Source of the DNA: Marine Group II euryarchaeote MED-G33
GTDB taxonomy: Archaea; Thermoplasmatota; Poseidoniia; Poseidoniales; Thalassarchaeaceae
DNA length: 45,112 bases
Assembly: GCA_949538655.1 (NCBI GenBank)
Contig: CATISE010000059.1
Span: forward strand, 1 to 45,112
Direction of reading: 5' to 3'
The position numbers were made by a program, and so were the translations under genes. Each line of letters opens with the position of its first letter. Within the stretch, counting starts at the first letter, position 1. The notes under the pieces were generated by a model, which was not told the origin of the DNA, made no database searches, and worked only from the letters and a program-made list of their open reading frames with translations. This document shows positions 36,187 through 43,300 of this stretch, piece by piece.

Positions 36187-37260
36187 ATGAATATGGGAGC
36201 GGAAGCAGAACCTACTCAGATTCGCCTCGTATGTGTCGGTGATGATGATGTTGCAACAGGTTCTCATGTTCGGAAGTGGATGGAAACCAAGCCACTAGAG
36301 GATCTAGAAATCGATGTACAATTCGGCGTTGAACTAAATTCAGCACTTGAAATTCTAGAAAATGGCGACACTGATTTACTCGCAATTTCAGCTTCAAGTT
36401 GGTACGTCTGTAAGGGTGCACCCAACACGATGGTTGCTGCCACGCTTCCTAGGCGTGATGAAAATCATATTCTCGTCGCTAAAGATCGTCTGGATTACTT
36501 GGATTACAAGTCGATTATTCTCGTTGAAAATCGACTACAAAGAAGACAATTAAGACGATACAGACAGGATTTTAGAATACTAGACCCCGTGGCTTTTGCT
36601 GACATGATTGGCAGAGAAATTCCGGCCAAATCCGGGCTGGAATTGTTGGCATGGATGGAAGATCTTCATGCGACGAAAATGATTACTGGATATGTAAGTG
36701 AAATGCACCTTTTCAACAGTGCAAAAATAGACTCCAGACGACACAAGTTGATGACTGATTCGAAAGAGAATTCGGCCCGGTTTTTGCCAAGCCCTCTGAA
36801 CGGACTTACACTGTTAATTTCAAGAAAAGGATTCCCGGCCAGCCTTGCTGAAAAAATTGGAGATTCGGAATCGATGACTGCATGGGATTGTGAGCGAACC
36901 ATTCTGGACAGAATTGAACCGGACATTCACGATAAAATTGGGATGATCGTCCGTCACCGACAAATCCCATCCCTACTGAATCAAGCAGAAAAAGAAAAAG
37001 ATTTGTTACGCTCCACATCACTACTAAATCCAGAAGGTGATATCATTGGAGACATATCATTGGTCGAAATTCTGATTGAAATTATTGGACGAACTGGGGA
37101 GAGGACATTGTTGGTGGAAAAATTGGTGGAAAAAGAGATGGCTCCAACACACGCTCGATTGGTTATGTCTGAGTGGCAAGACATGCTCAATTTGGTTACG
37201 AAAGAGCATGAAGAAGACATTCGTTTGGGCCCTGCTCGACCCCCATTCCTCGATTTGTGA
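36187..37260 (+). CDS. Porphobilinogen-deaminase (HemC)-like fold protein, probably non-catalytic
   Basis: Colinear resemblance to HemC: IRLVCVG.., ALEILENGDTDLLAIS, TLPRRDENHILV, ENRLQRRQL, FLPSPLNGLTLLISR, ERTILDRIEPDIHDKIG. Key residues are replaced. ATG 36187; the track start at 36139 is GTG. Confidence 0.45.
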   Translation: MNMGAEAEPTQIRLVCVGDDDVATGSHVRKWMETKPLEDLEIDVQFGVELNSALEILENGDTDLLAISASSWYVCKGAPNTMVAATLPRRDENHILVAKDRLDYLDYKSIILVENRLQRRQLRRYRQDFRILDPVAFADMIGREIPAKSGLELLAWMEDLHATKMITGYVSEMHLFNSAKIDSRRHKLMTDSKENSARFLPSPLNGLTLLISRKGFPASLAEKIGDSESMTAWDCERTILDRIEPDIHDKIGMIVRHRQIPSLLNQAEKEKDLLRSTSLLNPEGDIIGDISLVEILIEIIGRTGERTLLVEKLVEKEMAPTHARLVMSEWQDMLNLVTKEHEEDIRLGPARPPFLDL

Positions 37261-37284
37261 CGGCGTTTTTCGAAGGGTCCCAAG

Positions 37285-37301
37285 ACGGCCCTTAGGGCCG
37301 T
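37285..37301. terminator. Hairpin ACGGCCC-TTA-GGGCCGT after the HemC-like gene
   Basis: 7-bp stem. A T5 run (37266-37270) precedes rather than follows it, so terminator function is uncertain. Confidence 0.3.
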
Positions 37302-37358
37302 TCTAGAAGCGTAACATATACAGGTGCCTAGGAGCGCAAACGGTGGCGAGGGTGAAGA

Positions 37359-39107
37359 ATGGTCGATGAAAATCTGCTGTCAGAGTTGTATTCAGCCCGT
37401 CTGGATGAACTCAGGGAGATGGCGATTGCACAGGACATTTCCAAAGCCGGTAATGTCGAACAATTGCGTGCTAGATTGATTGACCAAGTCGCACTATCTG
37501 AGATTGACCTATCTTGGGATTCCCTTCAGGAAATGCCAAACAAAAATCTAGGTGAGATGCTCGGTGTATTCGGTGTCAAGCGCTCCGGTTCAATCAAGGA
37601 AAAGCGCCAACGGCTTTGGTTGCACCTAAATCACGATCCCAAGAAATTGAACCCTGAAACGATTGCAGATGCAACACGGGACCAATTACACGAACTTTGC
37701 AAGGCACTTGAGTTGCCGCGATCAGGTAGTAAACAGCAACTATTCGCCAGGGTTGCAGGTGTTCTCTCGGCCCACGAGGGTGGTTGGGGCAAAGTCAAGA
37801 AAAGTTTGCGCAGAGGTAAAACCGCCCCAGTAATCCCCAGTACGCCTCTACCAGTTAGTCCAACAGCAGCGCCGGAAACACCTACCTTCGTCACTCCTGT
37901 TCAAGATGATGAGGCCGCAGAGTTGGCAGCGATGATTCAAGCATCGATTGATGCTGTCGATGTCGATGAATTGACAGATGTTCTAGAGGAACCCGACGAA
38001 CCGGCACCCGAAGAATACGAAGGTATTGTAGAGCCTGAAATTATGGTTGCAACACCCACAAATTTGACGATTGATGAAGGAACTGGTTCAGCAATCATTG
38101 AGTTGGATGCTCGAATCGCAGAATTACACAGCCACATACGGGAATTCTTACTCATCAGCCGTGAGCATGATGCAAACGACGTCACAGCATTTGTTGAGGA
38201 CCTCGGTGCACAGGGCTTCCAAGTCTCACATGCCATGGTACGGAATCGAATCTTGGCAGAGATTACGGCAATGGCAAATCGTCGTGATGCTGAAAGTGAT
38301 GCAAGTTCCCAAGCTCCTGGTTCTTGGAGAGAGAGAAAAGCACTCAGGAAGCTCGAAGAGTGTAGATCGGAACTTTTGGATCAACTAGAGGCGATTCTAG
38401 ATTCGAACAGTGAAGATCTTGCTTTGGCCAGAGTACGCTTTGAAACTGTGGCTGCAGAATCTGGTCTCGATTTAGAATTGCCAGGAATTAGTGGCCGAGT
38501 ACACGGTCTATTCGATTTACAGGTTAGCCTGAGAGAAGCTGAGGAAGATATCGACCCTGTGACCGCCCGTCGACAACGAGCGATGGAGGTCCTCTACAGA
38601 GGCACCCAAGATGTTTCCAGTGATGCAATGCGAACACTACAGAAGTTTGAGGAGCAAATGGAAAACTTTGAGCGAATTGTCGAGACATTGGTTCGAAGGG
38701 CTGAGGGACAGTTCGGCCCTGTTGAACACGCATTGTTGGTTCGCTTCCTTGAACGTAGAGGATGGGATGTTGGCCATCCAGAAGTCCGTTCACGAGCAAT
38801 CGCAGCCGCAGGTGTTCTAGCAGCGGCCATGGGTTACATCAATTCAGAAGACATACCTGGTTTACCATCTTCAATATCCCTTGACCCCGATAAGGTATCA
38901 GATGTTGTTGATTCACTCCGGGGTTTACTCGTCGACATGGGACGAAGTGCACCCACTGCAGATACCGTGGCCCATGGTATCTCTGCAGAGGATGCTAAAC
39001 AAGCTGCTGAGACTTCAAACATTGGACGAGTCAGGGGTAAATTGGATCAAGCGGATGAGTTGCTGAGCCGCCTATCTCGTGGGACCGATGCTGAAGCCGG
39101 CGAATGA
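37359..39107 (+). CDS. Hypothetical protein with three N-terminal SAP/HeH-like motifs, an acidic linker and a long helical C-terminal domain
   Basis: Three motifs: LDELREMAIAQDISKAGNVEQLRARL, LGEMLGVFGVKRSGSIKEKRQRL and LHELCKALELPRSGSKQQLFARV. GGTGA lies upstream of the ATG. Confidence 0.6.
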   Translation: MVDENLLSELYSARLDELREMAIAQDISKAGNVEQLRARLIDQVALSEIDLSWDSLQEMPNKNLGEMLGVFGVKRSGSIKEKRQRLWLHLNHDPKKLNPETIADATRDQLHELCKALELPRSGSKQQLFARVAGVLSAHEGGWGKVKKSLRRGKTAPVIPSTPLPVSPTAAPETPTFVTPVQDDEAAELAAMIQASIDAVDVDELTDVLEEPDEPAPEEYEGIVEPEIMVATPTNLTIDEGTGSAIIELDARIAELHSHIREFLLISREHDANDVTAFVEDLGAQGFQVSHAMVRNRILAEITAMANRRDAESDASSQAPGSWRERKALRKLEECRSELLDQLEAILDSNSEDLALARVRFETVAAESGLDLELPGISGRVHGLFDLQVSLREAEEDIDPVTARRQRAMEVLYRGTQDVSSDAMRTLQKFEEQMENFERIVETLVRRAEGQFGPVEHALLVRFLERRGWDVGHPEVRSRAIAAAGVLAAAMGYINSEDIPGLPSSISLDPDKVSDVVDSLRGLLVDMGRSAPTADTVAHGISAEDAKQAAETSNIGRVRGKLDQADELLSRLSRGTDAEAGE

Positions 39108-39127
39108 AGGTTCAACGAGGTCGAACG

Positions 39128-39277
39128 ATGTTCACGATCTTTAGGGCTGCTTTGGCTAAGTTCAAAGGAAAATGGGATGAATTCGACCCTGCACTCCGAT
39201 TCTTGCTTTATTGCGAAATCGGATTCTATTGTCTGTTAGCGTTTACTGTATTGATTTGGCAACCAGAATTCCTCTGA
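39128..39277 (+). CDS. Candidate 49-aa single-TM micro-protein, below the ORF-track length cut-off
   Basis: ATG 39128 to TGA 39277: MFTIFRAALAKFKGKWDEFDPALRFLLYCEIGFYCLLAFTVLIWQPEFL. It starts 21 nt after the SAP gene stop. Confidence 0.25.
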   Translation: MFTIFRAALAKFKGKWDEFDPALRFLLYCEIGFYCLLAFTVLIWQPEFL

Positions 39278-39314
39278 CTCAATAGCGACCTGATCTGTTT
39301 AGACTATCACGGAA

Positions 39315-40556
39315 TCAACGGTTTGCAGAATAGTAGGACTGGAACACCTTGGTGACTTGCTCGATGCTACGAACACCTTGCGCCTGTAAATCAAGGAGAA
39401 TTTGTTCACGCATTTGGATTGCGGCCTCGAAGTCAGAGGCACGAATTCCAGCGGATGCACACAGTGTCTCTCTGAATTTACTGGGCACACCCGTTTCCAC
39501 AATGGAGTCCGTTGCTGGATCGTATTTCCAAATCGGGTTTAGACGGGGTTTGTTCCCTTCCATACCTGAAACCTCTGCGACCTCCGTAATTCTACGAAGT
39601 GTCTTACCACCTTTGTGTACTCGACTTTGCATAATGATTAGGTCTAATCCGGAGAGCATGATTGGAGGGACATCCATCGGGGCACTGGTGAGACGTGTGA
39701 CCGTTTCCGAAGCAGTGTTTGAGTGGAGGCTCCCACAGGAACCGTCGTGACCTGTGTTCATCGCAGTCAGCAGTGTTGCAGCTTCAGGTCCACGCACTTC
39801 TCCGACAATGATACGATCAGGACGCATTCGCAAGCTCGATTTTAGACAATCATCCATCGAGATTGAAGAGGTTCCATCTGGACGCTCTTGACGTGTTTCC
39901 ATTCGCAACCAGTGATCATGGTAGACTTGCAATTCAGCGGTGTCCTCAACTGTGAGGAGGCGCTTGTCCCACGGAATGAACATCCCGAGACAGTTGAGTG
40001 TGGTCGTCTTACCCGAACCTGTGCCGCCCGCAATCACGAAATTGGCTGGTCGGGCATTGAGACCCTCGACCCAAACCCACATCATGGCTGCCAATCGACT
40101 GTTGACCGTGCCCCAACTCATCAGGTCAATGATGGTGATTGGGTCCTCTCGGAACTTTCGAATCGTGAGAGTGGGACCATCGGGTGAGATGGGTGGCAAT
40201 GTACCGTTCACACGAGAACCATCTGGTAAACGCCCATCGAAGATTGGGACTAGACCTGGCCCGTTGCCCAGTGGGACGTTGGTAAAAGCGGCGATGTTCT
40301 TTGCAACCTGAATCCCTTCATCATCATTCATCCAAACGTTGGTTCGACAAATTCCAAAATCACGATGGGCGACTTTCACACATTGAGCCCCGCCATTGTA
40401 CATGACTTCCTCAAGTTGATCGTCTTCAAGTAAAACTGCCAATTCCCCATACGGATTGTCAACAGCTTGACCATCGTAATGATACATCGGACTGGGATGT
40501 CCGGGTTCCATGTAAACCGTCACTGGGCCATATCGAGCAAGTACTGATTCTGACAT
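39315..40556 (-). CDS. Type II/IV secretion-family ATPase (T2SSE; ArlI/PilB/EpdL/TadA-like)
   Basis: Walker A AGGTGSGKTTT, Asp box EDTAEL, Walker B RPDRIIVGEVRG and His box GHDGSCGSLHSN. GAGGTGA precedes the ATG. Confidence 0.9.
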   Translation of the reverse strand: MSESVLARYGPVTVYMEPGHPSPMYHYDGQAVDNPYGELAVLLEDDQLEEVMYNGGAQCVKVAHRDFGICRTNVWMNDDEGIQVAKNIAAFTNVPLGNGPGLVPIFDGRLPDGSRVNGTLPPISPDGPTLTIRKFREDPITIIDLMSWGTVNSRLAAMMWVWVEGLNARPANFVIAGGTGSGKTTTLNCLGMFIPWDKRLLTVEDTAELQVYHDHWLRMETRQERPDGTSSISMDDCLKSSLRMRPDRIIVGEVRGPEAATLLTAMNTGHDGSCGSLHSNTASETVTRLTSAPMDVPPIMLSGLDLIIMQSRVHKGGKTLRRITEVAEVSGMEGNKPRLNPIWKYDPATDSIVETGVPSKFRETLCASAGIRASDFEAAIQMREQILLDLQAQGVRSIEQVTKVFQSYYSANR

Positions 40557-40565
40557 ATTTTCACC

Positions 40566-41312
40566 TCACGCCATTCCACTTTGAATCGCTTCAAACAAAC
40601 CAATGTAGAGCAGGGCAGAGATTGTGGACCAGAATGGAATCCACCAAAGTGCCTGCTTGGTTCGCCCGAGCATTCGACCTGAAATGACGACACTGAGAGC
40701 GGCCGAAGCCATGAGATAAGGCATCATCACATTGTGAATATGGCCCCAATAGGCCCCTGCTGCTGCGAGGCCGAAAACTGCAAACATGAATCCCATCACA
40801 CCAGGGAGGAGGAGGCACATCAGCATCAAAAGCAAGAATGATTGCCCAGACATTTCCTTTTCTCGAACATTGATGAGTTTATTCAAGCGATCATATTCGA
40901 TGGACATTGAGTTGGTGACTTCGCCCAAAGGCGCGTCTTGTTCAATTGCAGTCGATAGTAAATTGACGACACGTTGAATCAAAATGCTTCGACTATTGAT
41001 AGCATATTCCGCGAGCGCGGCATCGAATGATGTGGAACGGGAACGGTCGATGGCCTGGGTCAATAACTTCCCAGTTTCATCCTGCCGATTTCTAGAAATT
41101 TCAGTGAGTGCCTGCTGCAAACCTAATCCTGCACCGATGCTTGATGAAATTGATTCGAGAACCTCGGGGAGGGCCTCCTCCAATTGGCGGCGGCGGCGGC
41201 GTTCTAAGAATCCGGGGATGGCACCTGCCAAACAGGGCAACATAATTGGAATCACGAGTACAAGAAATATGCTTTGGCTAAACAAATCATACAAATCCCA
41301 GAGAATTTGCAT
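40566..41312 (-). CDS. Single-T2SSF-domain platform protein (TadB/TadC/EpdJ-K-like)
   Basis: N-terminal TM, RRRRRQLEEALPEVLESISSSIGAGLGLQQAL.., and C-terminal TM helices. Its ATG 41312 shares one nucleotide with the upstream stop (TGATG). Confidence 0.75.
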   Translation of the reverse strand: MQILWDLYDLFSQSIFLVLVIPIMLPCLAGAIPGFLERRRRRQLEEALPEVLESISSSIGAGLGLQQALTEISRNRQDETGKLLTQAIDRSRSTSFDAALAEYAINSRSILIQRVVNLLSTAIEQDAPLGEVTNSMSIEYDRLNKLINVREKEMSGQSFLLLMLMCLLLPGVMGFMFAVFGLAAAGAYWGHIHNVMMPYLMASAALSVVISGRMLGRTKQALWWIPFWSTISALLYIGLFEAIQSGMA

Positions 41313-41896
41313 CAAATCACCCCTGGGTCACTGGTATGTGCCTTGAAGCCAAACAAGGCCATCACAATCAATGTCATGAATAGGGCAGGGCCAAAACAGG
41401 ATGCTGCGGCGGCAAGAGATGACATCCCCGGGATCCCACTGGTCATTAGCCCGGGTGCAATGACAGGAATCATTGCAGCAATTCCGAACATAATGGGAGA
41501 TAGGATTCCGAATGTCAGGAGGATTGTAGGCATCCCAGATAATTTCTCGATGTAAGCAGCCAACTTGTCGTTGCGCTCTTCTTCTTCACGCTCTGATTGT
41601 TGAGACAAGGCTCGAACCAAATCGGTGTCACTAGTCACATTGGTCCTCAATGTATTGAGGAATCGTGAATAGGCCTTGCTACTTGCTTTAGAACTTAGAC
41701 GTGAAAATTCTTTTTCCAACTTTGAGCCACGTTGCAAATTCGCGATAGCTTCTTTGAAATCTTTTGAAATCACTCCATAGCCGCCTTGACCAATCATTTG
41801 CATGGCTGCCTCCAAACCAATACCTGATCCGAGTAATACCATGACTGCTCTCATGGCGTAGAGGAGATCTGCTGATTCCTCGGCGTTGGTGGCCAT
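41312..41896 (-). CDS. Single-T2SSF-domain platform protein (TadB/TadC/EpdJ-K-like)
   Basis: LLYAMRAVMVLLGSGIGLEAAMQMI..FKEAIANLQRGSKLEKEF.. followed by TM helices. It starts 2 nt after the upstream stop. Confidence 0.75.
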   Translation of the reverse strand: MATNAEESADLLYAMRAVMVLLGSGIGLEAAMQMIGQGGYGVISKDFKEAIANLQRGSKLEKEFSRLSSKASSKAYSRFLNTLRTNVTSDTDLVRALSQQSEREEEERNDKLAAYIEKLSGMPTILLTFGILSPIMFGIAAMIPVIAPGLMTSGIPGMSSLAAAASCFGPALFMTLIVMALFGFKAHTSDPGVI

Positions 41897-41898
41897 AC

Positions 41899-42243
41899 CT
41901 AAATCACATCCTCAATCAATTCAAACGAATATGATCCATCATCACCATCGTATTCTAACCGATGGAAAGCCACCTTGAGTTCTTTCTCAGTAAAGGGATC
42001 TAGCAACCAAACTTCAGCGCTTCGGAATATGTTGAGCACCTCTCTGTACCCAGCAATTCCAAGATGTCCTTTCATGATGTAAACAGCCGACTCAGCGCCC
42101 TCATCAACAAGATCGTCACCTTCACCACCACGCTTCACTTCGCGGGTAATTCTGCGTCGAATATTGACTGAAATTCGACAATTGTCGAACTGTAGCCAGT
42201 CGCCTTCGAACCCCCGAAGGAACACGGTACCCGCTTGTGCCAT
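41899..42243 (-). CDS. Hypothetical soluble acidic protein, first gene of the type IV filament-like cluster
   Basis: ATG 42243 has GAGG about 10 nt upstream; the track start at 42249 is GTG. No TM or signal peptide and no family recognised. Confidence 0.55.
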   Translation of the reverse strand: MAQAGTVFLRGFEGDWLQFDNCRISVNIRRRITREVKRGGEGDDLVDEGAESAVYIMKGHLGIAGYREVLNIFRSAEVWLLDPFTEKELKVAFHRLEYDGDDGSYSFELIEDVI

Positions 42244-42299
42244 CGTCACGCCTCAAGGGGGGAACAACGTCGGACTACCTTCAAAGTAGCGGGAGAGAA

Positions 42300-42316
42300 C
42301 CGTCCCTTAGGGACGG
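42300..42316 (-). terminator. Hairpin CCGTCCC-TTA-GGGACGG just after the RPA-associated gene
   Basis: 7-bp stem 3 nt after the stop at 42320. A pyrimidine-rich TTCTCTCC follows on the minus strand. Confidence 0.4.
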
Positions 42317-42319
42317 GTC

Positions 42320-43300
42320 TCACAATGTTTTGAACCAACCAAACCGTGGTTCCATAATCTCACACTTATCATCGCGAAGTGTGTAAATTGCATCTTCAAT
42401 CGAATCTTCATCTGTGAATCCACTTTTAGAACAATGTTTCATGATTGAATCGTAGTCAATACCCTCATCTCCAGCATGTTTTGAAATAATCTCAAGAACA
42501 ACCGATTCGATGTCTAAACCATCTGTTGAAGCAGGGGTTGATTCCGCTGGCGCTTCGCTGGCCACCTCGGCTTCGACCGGCTCCTTGTCTTCAGTAACGG
42601 ATTCAGAGGGGGCTTCAGCCTCATGCTCCTCAAATGACACAACTCGGCCTTCAGCAGCACTAAGCGCCTGTAGAACTCCTACTTTGTAGCCCTCTGCGTC
42701 CCATTCTCCATAATGGTTCAAGGCCAATCCTAGACCATCGATTAGGTCTTTTGGAACACCAGCATCACGCAATGCATTGGCATCTGTCGTTTCAGCAGAT
42801 TGAGCCTTTCCGAGAGCCTCAATTCTACGCATTGTTTGGTCTGCTGTTTCGACAAGCCAAGATGCATAAATATCTCGATCGATGATTGCATAATCCTCCA
42901 TCTGCATTCGACATCTGAAACCACCGTCTTCAGTCGTGTAATGATTCGATTTACCAATACATGCCATCAGGAAACGATCTCCACCCTCAAAACGAGCGAC
43001 CAATTCTTCCATCTCAATGTGCAATTCAGGACGGAATGAACCGACACTCCATAGATGCAAACCTGTTGGATCTCGAACGGCGCCACTGAACATAGGTCCT
43101 CTTTCAGTATCTCTGCGCTCAAGACGCTCTACAACACCACAAACGAACATTCGATTGACTCGTGCACCCAGTTTGGTGACGATGAAACGGGGGTCATATT
43201 CTCCTTGACCACCATCGGGTAGAGTCGATTCATAGAATTCACGGGCAAAAAGTCGAATGGCGGTCTGACGACGACTGCGTTGCTGCTGGCCACCAATCAT
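42320..43300 (-). CDS. RPA-associated OB-fold protein (COG3390/RPA32-like) with an acidic linker and a C-terminal winged helix
   Basis: ..VNRMFVCGVVERLE....FSGAVRDPTGLHLWSVGSFRPE.. is an OB core. The C-terminal region (VVLEIISKH..IEDAIYTLRDD) is wH-like. ATG 43300 overlaps the rpa stop (ATGA). Confidence 0.7.
   Translation of the reverse strand: MIGGQQQRSRRQTAIRLFAREFYESTLPDGGQGEYDPRFIVTKLGARVNRMFVCGVVERLERRDTERGPMFSGAVRDPTGLHLWSVGSFRPELHIEMEELVARFEGGDRFLMACIGKSNHYTTEDGGFRCRMQMEDYAIIDRDIYASWLVETADQTMRRIEALGKAQSAETTDANALRDAGVPKDLIDGLGLALNHYGEWDAEGYKVGVLQALSAAEGRVVSFEEHEAEAPSESVTEDKEPVEAEVASEAPAESTPASTDGLDIESVVLEIISKHAGDEGIDYDSIMKHCSKSGFTDEDSIEDAIYTLRDDKCEIMEPRFGWFKTL

Noticed and set aside
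39315-40556. Calling the secretion ATPase an archaellum motor (ArlI/FlaI)
   Set aside because: No archaellin, arlF/G/H or arlJ-type fused platform is adjacent. The split single-domain platform genes point to an Epd/Tad-like system rather than an archaellum.
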